Origin: a virus
Taxonomy: Duplodnaviria > Caudoviricetes
Virus record (IMG/VR): IMGVR_UViG_3300021964_000060
Span: 1-62,021 of that record
Length of the DNA stretch: 62,021 bases
Strand: one strand, 5' to 3'
Shown: piece by piece, positions 1-8,845 of the stretch
How the letters are laid out: each line of letters starts with the position of its first letter
Numbering within the stretch: position 1 is the first letter of the stretch
The notes under the pieces: model-generated
The model's input: only the letters and a program-made list of their open reading frames with translations
The model's database searches: none
What the model was told of the DNA's origin: nothing
Made by a program: the position numbers and the translations under genes

Positions 1-1032
1 ATTATCAATTGAAAAGGATCCCAGTTCATTTGTTTGTGTGTTCGCAAATGCATAAATTTCGGCAGTTTGTGCCGAAAGCGTACCTACAGGGAATTGTACA
101 GTAGGTATTGAAGAATAATAGCCACCGCCACTATCGATAGAAACTGAAGATATATTAGTGTTTGATCCAACTGCGCCGCCGCCTGATGCAGTTCTTATGT
201 CAGGTGCAGAAAGAGTAGCTGTTGCTGTTTCATATGCATAACCCGGATTTACTATTTGAGCAGCATTAATTTGACCTGCAAGCGTGGTTGTTGTTGCAGT
301 TGCCCTTTCTCCCGTCAAAATATTTGTAGGTTGTCCATCTGATGTTAAACCTGGTTGCGAAGTTATAGATGATAACTCTGTTTCTGAAATAGAATCTTTA
401 ATGGGTGTATCAATAAACTTAATAACTTTTCTGTTAGTCATTGGCCCAAAATAATAGCCACGCACAGTAAATCCTAACGTATATGTTAAAGATCTACGAG
501 TCAAAAAGTCACCTTCGTATTGGTCATCCATTACAACGTTATTCAAAATGATAGGAACATCTACTTGTAATTCCATATCATCAATTAATTGAACAGACAC
601 TGTTACATCAGGTTTGAAAAATGGTAATATTTGCTCAAGTATCTTTGTACCATCTTCTTGATATTTGACCATGATATTAAGTTGAAATTCAAGATCATAT
701 GGGGCAGGTACAAACTGAGATATTTTTGAATTTGCATCACTAGATTGATAATTGTTTCTTGTTAAAGACGTTAATTTTCTTTCTGGCGAAAAATTCATAT
801 TTACAATTTCAAACGACATACGAGGCAATGTCATTGCAGGAGCATTTAAACTCGGATCACCTTCCAACCTAGCTAAAACTTTTTGCATGGGTGCGTAGTG
901 AATTGGAACTTTCATTTTCTGAATGAGCTGCTTTTGATTATCCTTTCGCTCAATAACAATATCGTTGAACAATGTGCCAAACATTGCAACGTATCGTCTT
1001 GTAGTTTCATGGTAAAATCTATTGCCGAACAT
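1..1032 (-). CDS. gp15: Tail sheath stabilizer / tail terminator gp15-like, with C-terminal repeat extension; runs off the window (3' partial)
   Basis: Not in the ORF track; translated by hand. ATG at 1032-1030 overlaps the gp14 stop (TAATG). Reads MFGNRFYHETTRRYVAMFGTLFNDIVI...KVPIHYAPMQK...TLPRMSFEI...PAPYDLEFQLNIMVKYQEDGTKILEQILPFFKP...DDQYEGDF...GYYFGP, all gp15 hallmarks. Follows gp13-gp14. Confidence 0.93.
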   Translation of the reverse strand, partial: MFGNRFYHETTRRYVAMFGTLFNDIVIERKDNQKQLIQKMKVPIHYAPMQKVLARLEGDPSLNAPAMTLPRMSFEIVNMNFSPERKLTSLTRNNYQSSDANSKISQFVPAPYDLEFQLNIMVKYQEDGTKILEQILPFFKPDVTVSVQLIDDMELQVDVPIILNNVVMDDQYEGDFLTRRSLTYTLGFTVRGYYFGPMTNRKVIKFIDTPIKDSISETELSSITSQPGLTSDGQPTNILTGERATATTTTLAGQINAAQIVNPGYAYETATATLSAPDIRTASGGGAVGSNTNISSVSIDSGGGYYSSIPTVQFPVGTLSAQTAEIYAFANTQTNELGSFSIDN

Positions 1033-2018
1033 TAGTAATTATTCTCTCCAAAAGGATTTTCTGCTGTAAAATCAAGGATATTATCAGCCTCTGACTCAAT
1101 AGTAAAGTTATCAGCAAACGGATCTGCCGTTTCAAGAGCTTGGTTGTTTGCAACAAGTTCATCTGAGGTTGTATTGTAAGGAACAAATATATCATCAACT
1201 TCAGGTATTCCTGTTTCAAATCTTTCATTGCTGTACTCAAATAATTCACATCTTAGATCATATGTTTGCAATGAACCCATTTGATAGAAAATGGCCTCAT
1301 GCTCAACATGCATAATTTTAAATATTTTTTTATTGAGTGGGAAATATATTAAATCACCTTCAAACGGTCTTTCAGGCACACCTTCTAAATTTTTACCAAC
1401 TTCTTGGTCCCAGGATCTAATTGCGACTGTTAGTGTCATCGAATCTCGAATCTGTAATCCGAATTTAGATAAGAAATCACCCTCACCTTCAAACCCATCA
1501 ACATTCTTAACATACATTTCAATTTCAAGTGCGTCTTTATACAACGGCAAATCGTCTTCGTTGAGAAGTTTATCGTATCCGCCTCCCTCAATAAGAACAA
1601 TGCCTAATCTATCAGCAACTTCTTGTGGCGACTCAATGGTAACAGTAGGATTATCAGATTGTAAATAACCTGTACCCGGGCTTGTTATTTGAACATCAGT
1701 GACAACACCACGAGTTAAAACTGCTGTTGCAGTTGCCGTTGTACCTGAAACTGGATCGGAAATTGTAATATTAGGAACACCCGGATAACCCAATCCGTTT
1801 TCCCTAATAGTTAAAGAAAATACTGTGCCTGACGGATCGTCTATGAGAATATCTATGGCTGCTGTTTTTTTAACGACAATCCTATTGTCTGGGACTCTAT
1901 ACTTAGGAATGTAATAACAATCTACTCCGTAAATCTTAATAGATTCTATAACAAGGTCTTCAATTAGACTTTGCTCCATAGAATTTTGAAAATTTTCGAA
2001 GTAATAATTCTTAGCCAC
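1032..2018 (-). CDS. gp14: Neck protein gp14, with an inserted repeat domain
   Basis: EQSLIEDLVIESIKIYGVDCYYIP, EIEMYVKNVDGFEGEGDFLSKFGLQIRD, RPFEGDLIYFPL, CELFEYSNE and ENPFG motifs; lies between gp13 and gp15. Confidence 0.95.
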   Translation of the reverse strand: MAKNYYFENFQNSMEQSLIEDLVIESIKIYGVDCYYIPKYRVPDNRIVVKKTAAIDILIDDPSGTVFSLTIRENGLGYPGVPNITISDPVSGTTATATAVLTRGVVTDVQITSPGTGYLQSDNPTVTIESPQEVADRLGIVLIEGGGYDKLLNEDDLPLYKDALEIEMYVKNVDGFEGEGDFLSKFGLQIRDSMTLTVAIRSWDQEVGKNLEGVPERPFEGDLIYFPLNKKIFKIMHVEHEAIFYQMGSLQTYDLRCELFEYSNERFETGIPEVDDIFVPYNTTSDELVANNQALETADPFADNFTIESEADNILDFTAENPFGENNY

Positions 2019-2022
2019 TTAA

Positions 2023-2766
2023 TTACCCAATCATGTCGTTTACAGGAAGTGAGTAAGAACTAATCATTTCTTCTTCCATCCTGCGAATTTCATCCTCTGC
2101 ATCTTTTAAAATTTGTTCACCGTTAAACTGAATATTCCCGGGTAACTGCATACCATTAAACTTTGTTAAATTAGAACCCCATTGATATTTAATTTTAGCA
2201 GTAGCGTAATTCTGTAACCAACGGTCTTTCCACACATTTGTGTAGGTTTCTGGATCAACAATTGAATAGCATTCTGCAACAAGATATGTACCAGGTGAAA
2301 TTGCATCCCAGTCATGGTCAACCCATAATTTGTTTACGTGTCTATTATATCTTATTGGCTGCATACCTGATAAGATTTCTTCCATAAATTGAAGATACTG
2401 CATTGACATGTAAAAATGTGTCAAATTATAGTTCGTCATTTCATGTAGATGATTTAAGATAAATTGATATTTGGCACTAAACATATTAGAGCTAAATGCA
2501 GGACTAGATGATAAATTGAAAACGTTAATAGTCCCTATAATATTTTCTGGAACCTCAATATATCTATTATCAATGTCCTGCTGTGTTAATTGACGTTTTA
2601 AATAGATTTTTTCTGTTCCATCAAAATGATAGTCCCAATAATATGAAAGGGCTTCATCAACCCTATCATCCACTTGATCTGGATCTACATTAATTTCAAT
2701 AACTGGTTTACCTAACTTTCGTAAACACCATTCTTTAAATTCTTTGCGTGTGGTCGGCTGAGCCAT
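2023..2766 (-). CDS. gp13: Neck protein gp13
   Basis: PTTRKEFKEWCLRKLGKPVIEINVDPDQVDDRVDEAL..HFDG and WLQNYATAKIKYQWGSNLTKFNGMQLPG are gp13 signatures. GGAG ribosome-binding site and a late promoter lie upstream. Confidence 0.96.
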   Translation of the reverse strand: MAQPTTRKEFKEWCLRKLGKPVIEINVDPDQVDDRVDEALSYYWDYHFDGTEKIYLKRQLTQQDIDNRYIEVPENIIGTINVFNLSSSPAFSSNMFSAKYQFILNHLHEMTNYNLTHFYMSMQYLQFMEEILSGMQPIRYNRHVNKLWVDHDWDAISPGTYLVAECYSIVDPETYTNVWKDRWLQNYATAKIKYQWGSNLTKFNGMQLPGNIQFNGEQILKDAEDEIRRMEEEMISSYSLPVNDMIG

Positions 2767-2792
2767 AGACTATCTCCAATACAGTATATACG

Positions 2793-2800
2793 TATTTATA
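2793..2800 (-). promoter_or_regulatory. T4-type late promoter TATAAATA upstream of gp13
   Basis: Plus strand tatttata at 2793-2800 is TATAAATA on the minus strand, intergenic, 26 nt before the gp13 ATG. Confidence 0.85.
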
Positions 2801-2814
2801 AAATAAACAATAGA

Positions 2815-2979
2815 TCACTTAGTAATCAGTCTACGTAATTTTCTTTGTCTTTCGGCTAAATGTTTATTATCAATACCTTTAATGATATTTGATTTCTTTT
2901 TAGAATCAAGAGACTCTAGATACATACCTAGAGCCTCTCTTTCTAGTTTACTTTTAGCTATTTGCTCTTTACTTTGCAT
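2815..2979 (-). CDS. Small basic hypothetical protein (54 aa, MQSKEQIAKSKLEREALGMYLES...)
   Basis: The ORF track starts it at 3072 inside the upstream gene. The ATG at 2979-2977 lies 1 nt after the upstream stop and fills the gap exactly. Confidence 0.55.
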   Translation of the reverse strand: MQSKEQIAKSKLEREALGMYLESLDSKKKSNIIKGIDNKHLAERQRKLRRLITK

Positions 2980-2980
2980 A

Positions 2981-5900
2981 TTACGCCTGTGATTCTGACC
3001 ATGTGATACGAGCTGAACATTGGAATGGGTTAGTTGACCGAATATCAGACGTGTCATTAACTGTAACAGCAACTGTTAATATGTCTGGCCCATTCGGAAA
3101 TACTCCATCTCCGCCTAAAATTGAATTACCCATATCGACAACAGCGGCTAGACTGAAGTTTGTAGCGTTTGTAATTCTTTTACCGTTGCTATCTTTTGTA
3201 CCACCTGCGGCACGGAAAGAAAATACCTCTGCCCCACCATCGATAGTTTCACCAAACGAATGCTCATATAATTGAGATAATGATGGCGATCTAACATTTT
3301 CCCAACCTGTGGTTGATAAGTTTGCATTAAGCAATAACTTAACAGTACAGTCGTGCGTCAATACTAAACCAACTTCGGCTAATTTCAACTGCATACGATT
3401 GATGATATCTCTTTGCCCTAATAGTCCAGTCAAGTTACTATCAACTGATGGTGCAAGTCTTAATGATACCAATGGAATTAAATCATTTCCTAATGAAACA
3501 TTTTCTTCGGCTGCACCACCACCAATTGTAATTACCGTACCGGATGGCACACTTGGTACTTTAGGCTGTGATGCATTAAAGGCCCTTGATGCGACATACA
3601 GATATGCGTTAAAATTACCATTTGAATAATCAGTATATACAACCGGTTTACTTTCAAGGTCCCCTAAAATCCCGGTAGATGTTTCAAAAATTGTACCAGC
3701 ACCAAAAGATCCAGCAGTTGAAGTATTGAAAGGTATTTGTAAATAATAGTCATATTGAAAAGTATTGTAATTTACTACTCGGACTCTTACTGCAGCTCCA
3801 TTAGTCGTTACAGTTGCACTATCACCACCTGTAAAGTTAAAAGTTTGTGACTCAGCAGTAAACAAATAGGCTTCGTCTTCATCAAATTTACCATCCATAA
3901 TGACTGATGTACCCCAGTGGAATAATGTTGGGGCATAAGTAGGCAGTTGGTCATTTATAATTTCATATTTAGCAGGCAAGTTACCTGACCTCATATATGC
4001 CTCATCTAATCTATTATTATGTATAAATTCATGTACATATCTTACATGGCCTTTTGTATCTTTAAATCCAAAGCGAATCTTACCGGCCCCATACCAAGAA
4101 TAATCCATATAACACATTTGAATTGCGTTAATATCTAGTAAAAAGCCTTCTGGGCCTGATCCATCACATCTATCAATATTCCAATCGATTTGCGGGATTT
4201 TTAAATCTTCTGTTTTTGTTAATATAACTTTAGAGGCACTAACTCCTCTATATTCTGGCTGAACATACATTTTAGTTCTAGATTCAATTTTTGTGATTTT
4301 GTGCGTCTGCCCTCTAATCACAACAAAATCGCCAACAGTTAATTGTCCGGTAAAGTTTGTATCCGTTCCATTAATTTCATTGCTTCTATTTGCAATATCA
4401 ATAGATCCTGATAATTGAGTTGTAGATGACCTCCTTACGCAATAAACCGTATTGCCATCATACTCAAAGAAAAATCCATTTTGAAAATCAAACATTCCAG
4501 ATCTAATAGCAGATCCTGAATAACCGTTAAGATTATATTTAATGATACCCGAAGGAATAGAAGTTGCGGGTGTTTGAGGTAAAACAAATGTAAATGTAAA
4601 ATCATCAACTTTAGTTATTGTAAATATACCATTATATGTAGTATCGGTAGAATCTTTTACTTTAATAGATTGACCAGTACTCATCCTATGAGGATAAGTT
4701 GTTTTACCAGTTGCAGTTGTTCCTGCCGCTGTTAAAGTCTGAAATATAGTTGGTGGATTAAAATTAATAGCTAAAGATGTTTGAATACCTTTACCGGATT
4801 GATAACGGAAATATTTACGTGTTTGTCTTAAAATTTGTGAAAACGGTGCTGTTCCCGCAGCAATTTCAACGCCACCATCGAATGGTCTATGCACAGCATA
4901 TCCATCAGGTCTTGCATATACTTTTGTTGTGGTATATGCTCTAGCTGTTTGTTCGGATGTAGCCGCACTAGTTGTAAGAGTAAGTTCAGTATCAGATGTT
5001 ATACCTGAAACTACATATGTTTCAAAACTACCAACAGACTGTGCAGTTTCTACCCTAAAGGTTATTGTGTCCCCGGGTTTAAAATATCTTGTAAACAATG
5101 TACTTGTTCCAAATACATGATCTTGACCTTCAACGAGTTCGCAGGTTCCGGGCATTTTAACATACCCGCTTATAGACTCAGATTGAATCTCATGGGTTCC
5201 TGTGGCAGCAGTTAAAGTTACTCCTAATCCATTAATAGCGTTTTCATACGTATTTGCAACCTGGATATTTTGGTCATCTACAGGAATAGTATAATATTGG
5301 GAACCAGAACTCAATCCACCTATAGGTGAATTGCCTTTTGCATCATATGCAATTAAACTTCCTGGGACTAAATGATGATATAAATCTCCAGAAACCAGAG
5401 GTATTGTATCATTTAAAACCGTACTCGAATCAAAGCTATAATCAATAGGACTAACTAAAACATTTGTATTAAAGTTTATTAAAGTGTCTGCTACAGAAGC
5501 AGCAGTATACGCACCATCTAAAACTCCAGGAGTTGCAGCTGTTGCAAATTGTAGGGTTTCTGTGCCAGAATTAGTAATATCTACTTCAACATTATCTTTT
5601 GTTAATCTAAATCTGTTTGGTGTAGTAACTATTACTCCATAAGTGTCTCCATCATTCACAGTAGGTTTTGTCATGGCATCGGATGCTGCTGTGACTAATG
5701 CTCTTCCAAAGCTTTCAAATTCTGTAGTACTATCAAAATCAGCAGTATTGCTCATTTGGAAAAAGCCAAGGACTTGAATTCCGTTTTCTAATAAAGCATC
5801 ATATTGTCTTAAACCGTTATAAGTACTACCCGTCAATGTGAATTGATACATATAATTGTAATTGGTGGATGTTGCTGCCGGGTATGCTCTAAGTCCAAAA

Positions 5901-8566
5901 AGAACAACTTGTCCACCATTTCTTGCCAAGCGGGCGGTCGTGATATTGCAATACCAACTACCGTTAGATGTAGTTGTTATAAAGTTTCGACCGTTTCTTA
6001 AACTTGATGGGGATGGATTACTCCATAGTATTCTTATCTCAAGAGGGTCTATTCTTATCCAATCGCCACCAGATGATCTATCAAGATAAGAAGTCAACGG
6101 GTTAACGTCATATTGCAACATCCAACCGTAATGAGACCCTGAAGTAAGATCTTTTGTCATAAAGTTTGGACTGAAGTCACTGAACAGTACATTGTCATTG
6201 ACTGGAGAGAAGCCATCAGTAGCTGCTGCTAATCCTAAAGACCCTGCAATATTAACCGATACCGAACCTTGAAAATTCCCGCCAGTATAGCGAGAAACGC
6301 CCAGGTTATAAGGGAAATAAATTTGGTTAAAACTGTTTCCCCACCAAGTTGGGTCTGTAGTCAAAACTCTTCCAGCGTTCCAATCATTAATAGTTGGGGT
6401 TGGTATGAATTCTATACCTGAAAGACCCCCCAAATATGTTTCCATAGCAGTATTAATAGCATCATATTTAGTTCTACTGGTGTTAGGAACAGCAGTATCT
6501 ACAATTCCCGTGGCTGTTGTTGGCACAACACCTCCAGTTCCAAGACTAAAAACTACGTTTTGTCCATCAACCAATCCATGACTTTCATTGTAAAAAGTAT
6601 TTCTATTTGGATCTTCAGTTGAAACATCAAAAGTATAACTACCTGTTGCATAGGAAAGTCTTTGTGTCACACCTGATGTATTTTTCAATCTGATACGATC
6701 TTCAGATAGAACTTCAGATAACCAATTTGTAGTTGTTGTAGTTTGAGTACTATAAAAATTCTGTAGAGCAATATTACCTGAATTATAAGTTATAGTTAAA
6801 GGAGTGTCGTCAACAGCTCCATGATTTGCAACATAAAAGCTATCAGCTTCAGGATCTTGAATTAACGGAACCATAAAGAAATCATTATGACCATAACTAG
6901 TAAATGCATTATTACGATAAGTGGTAGATCCTATGTATGCACGGAATGTTCCATCGCTTAAAGGCTGCCCAGAGTAAAACAAGCTATTCTGGTTGTAAAA
7001 ACTTTCTGAGGTTCCGTATCCGTTTTCAATGAAATTATAACCGCCAGGAACAGTTCCTGTTTGCCCTAGGATGTAATTTGCATTTTCGGAACTTGAGAAT
7101 ATAATAGGATAATATACCAAATTTGCAACATTAAGAGCCCTGTAAGCGTCTGTTCCATTTTTAGAAACATAAAGCATAGATCTTACATTGGTGGCATTCG
7201 ATATACCGGCTTTAAAATATCCCCGTAAATTACTATCATAGGTCGCCGCATCCCACCCAGAACCTGTACCCAACGCTCTATATGTTGTTTCGCCAAATGT
7301 GTATGAACCTGTGTTTCTGCCTTGATATATTTCATATACAAGCCCTAATAAAGCTCTACCGTAGTTAAATGTTCCAGTAGAAGTAATATTAATCTCAGAT
7401 CCATTGTATGAATTAGATAAACTTATGGTATCAGCGGTTTTATAGATAACATAATAAATCTGAAAGTTTGTCAATCCTCCGATAGCAGTGTCACCTGCAG
7501 AGTGTTGATAAATTACGCAGTCGTTTGTTCTTAGATCGTGCGATTCCCAAGTAATAGTATTATCGTTAACATTTATATCACCTGATGAAAATTTAACATT
7601 ATATGGAGGTATCCATTTTTTAGTTTCTGTAAGTTGTAAATTTGGCGATACAGAAGTTGCAATAAAATCATCATAATGAACATACCTATCGCCATCAGGT
7701 GCTGTCGAAGACGTAACATTAGAAATTTCGAATGTTTTTCTTCCAATAGAGTTTACAAGATAAAAATTAGAATTTGGCTGAAATCCGTGAGGAGTTGGTG
7801 TAGTTACGGTTAACGTACTTTGTGTACCTTCAGTTGTTGAAATGCCTAAATCTTCTCTATAACTTATTTGTGATCCATTAAAAAATTTTCCAGGGGCAAT
7901 TTGAGTATATAACCCAGATATTGTTCCTGTTACGGTTTGAACGGATGCAGCATTATATGAAAAAGTTGTTTCTGTGACAAATTTTATAATATATTTACCT
8001 TCAGCAGTTCTAGATGATAAACCTTGAACATCGATAGGCACTCCTACATCTAAACCGTGAGGCGATTGTGTTGTGACCGTAATAACATCAGATCCAGTTC
8101 TGGCTGTGACTGATAATACATCCGAAAGATAACCCTGTCCGTCACCAATATATGTTGAAGGAATATTGTTTGAAAGCTCTAACGTTTCCCATTTTGTGGG
8201 CTGAAGGCCATATTCAAAATCGGTATCAATTAAGTTTTGTGGATTAGAAACACGAAGTTTATGAACTGGATCTAATAATGAATCAGAAACATCCATTTTT
8301 TGTTCCGGTTCATCAACAAAAATTTGAAATTTATCTACATTATTACTTCCAGGTGCGGGACTATCTAAAACAATTGTTGTGGTTTCTGAATTAGGATCCC
8401 ATGTTACTGTTGCACCCTTTTGGTCATCCGCAAAATTATATACAATAGTATTTAAAGTAACATTTGTAACAATTAATAACTCTTCGTGCTTAACGAACTT
8501 AGGAACGGTTAAAGTTCCGGATGCACTATCATATTCGTAATAAGCCTGTAATAGTTTTTTCGCCAT
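2981..8566 (-). CDS. Giant virion structural / fibre-associated protein (1861 aa) with a split FRYQ..YSWYG beta-sandwich domain and repeated small beta modules
   Basis: Long ORF, Thr/Gly/Ser-rich. Contains RVSNPQNLIDTDFEYG, RQTRKYFRYQSGKG, WNIDRCDGSGPEG and YSWYGAG motifs, plus repeated 'T..PHG/H.L' modules. Located in the late structural cluster. Confidence 0.75.
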   Translation of the reverse strand: MAKKLLQAYYEYDSASGTLTVPKFVKHEELLIVTNVTLNTIVYNFADDQKGATVTWDPNSETTTIVLDSPAPGSNNVDKFQIFVDEPEQKMDVSDSLLDPVHKLRVSNPQNLIDTDFEYGLQPTKWETLELSNNIPSTYIGDGQGYLSDVLSVTARTGSDVITVTTQSPHGLDVGVPIDVQGLSSRTAEGKYIIKFVTETTFSYNAASVQTVTGTISGLYTQIAPGKFFNGSQISYREDLGISTTEGTQSTLTVTTPTPHGFQPNSNFYLVNSIGRKTFEISNVTSSTAPDGDRYVHYDDFIATSVSPNLQLTETKKWIPPYNVKFSSGDINVNDNTITWESHDLRTNDCVIYQHSAGDTAIGGLTNFQIYYVIYKTADTISLSNSYNGSEINITSTGTFNYGRALLGLVYEIYQGRNTGSYTFGETTYRALGTGSGWDAATYDSNLRGYFKAGISNATNVRSMLYVSKNGTDAYRALNVANLVYYPIIFSSSENANYILGQTGTVPGGYNFIENGYGTSESFYNQNSLFYSGQPLSDGTFRAYIGSTTYRNNAFTSYGHNDFFMVPLIQDPEADSFYVANHGAVDDTPLTITYNSGNIALQNFYSTQTTTTTNWLSEVLSEDRIRLKNTSGVTQRLSYATGSYTFDVSTEDPNRNTFYNESHGLVDGQNVVFSLGTGGVVPTTATGIVDTAVPNTSRTKYDAINTAMETYLGGLSGIEFIPTPTINDWNAGRVLTTDPTWWGNSFNQIYFPYNLGVSRYTGGNFQGSVSVNIAGSLGLAAATDGFSPVNDNVLFSDFSPNFMTKDLTSGSHYGWMLQYDVNPLTSYLDRSSGGDWIRIDPLEIRILWSNPSPSSLRNGRNFITTTSNGSWYCNITTARLARNGGQVVLFGLRAYPAATSTNYNYMYQFTLTGSTYNGLRQYDALLENGIQVLGFFQMSNTADFDSTTEFESFGRALVTAASDAMTKPTVNDGDTYGVIVTTPNRFRLTKDNVEVDITNSGTETLQFATAATPGVLDGAYTAASVADTLINFNTNVLVSPIDYSFDSSTVLNDTIPLVSGDLYHHLVPGSLIAYDAKGNSPIGGLSSGSQYYTIPVDDQNIQVANTYENAINGLGVTLTAATGTHEIQSESISGYVKMPGTCELVEGQDHVFGTSTLFTRYFKPGDTITFRVETAQSVGSFETYVVSGITSDTELTLTTSAATSEQTARAYTTTKVYARPDGYAVHRPFDGGVEIAAGTAPFSQILRQTRKYFRYQSGKGIQTSLAINFNPPTIFQTLTAAGTTATGKTTYPHRMSTGQSIKVKDSTDTTYNGIFTITKVDDFTFTFVLPQTPATSIPSGIIKYNLNGYSGSAIRSGMFDFQNGFFFEYDGNTVYCVRRSSTTQLSGSIDIANRSNEINGTDTNFTGQLTVGDFVVIRGQTHKITKIESRTKMYVQPEYRGVSASKVILTKTEDLKIPQIDWNIDRCDGSGPEGFLLDINAIQMCYMDYSWYGAGKIRFGFKDTKGHVRYVHEFIHNNRLDEAYMRSGNLPAKYEIINDQLPTYAPTLFHWGTSVIMDGKFDEDEAYLFTAESQTFNFTGGDSATVTTNGAAVRVRVVNYNTFQYDYYLQIPFNTSTAGSFGAGTIFETSTGILGDLESKPVVYTDYSNGNFNAYLYVASRAFNASQPKVPSVPSGTVITIGGGAAEENVSLGNDLIPLVSLRLAPSVDSNLTGLLGQRDIINRMQLKLAEVGLVLTHDCTVKLLLNANLSTTGWENVRSPSLSQLYEHSFGETIDGGAEVFSFRAAGGTKDSNGKRITNATNFSLAAVVDMGNSILGGDGVFPNGPDILTVAVTVNDTSDIRSTNPFQCSARITWSESQA

Positions 8567-8579
8567 GAATCTTTCCTAA

Positions 8580-8816
8580 TTAATATGCTAAAGCAGTTGC
8601 GTATGCAACAACTGTTGGTATGTCAGTACCGCCGCCGCCACCACCGCCTTGAATATTTCCGCCTGTTAATGTCCCACCTACATCTACATCACCGTCAATG
8701 TCTACATCATTTCCGACATATAGGTTTAAAAATCTTTTTGTATTAGCTCCAATATCACCTGTATTATTTTCTGAAGGCTCAATTCCATTGTCTACTCTAA
8801 ATGCTTGCTTTGCCAT
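8580..8816 (-). CDS. Small fibre-like structural protein (78 aa)
   Basis: AGGAG ribosome-binding site and CATAAATA box upstream. 'P..NNTGDIGANTKRFLNLY' resembles a fibre repeat motif; Gly linker near the C-terminus. Confidence 0.7.
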   Translation of the reverse strand: MAKQAFRVDNGIEPSENNTGDIGANTKRFLNLYVGNDVDIDGDVDVGGTLTGGNIQGGGGGGGTDIPTVVAYATALAY

Positions 8817-8837
8817 TTTAATCTCCTATAATGTATA

Positions 8838-8845
8838 TATTTATG
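8838..8845 (-). promoter_or_regulatory. Late-promoter variant CATAAATA overlapping the upstream stop codon
   Basis: tatttatg at 8838-8845. The same CATAAATATATA context occurs before gp25. Confidence 0.6.

Noticed and set aside
2980-3072. N-terminal extension of the 85-aa ORF in the track
   Set aside because: It overlaps the 1861-aa gene by about 90 nt. The ATG at 2979 is the more plausible start.
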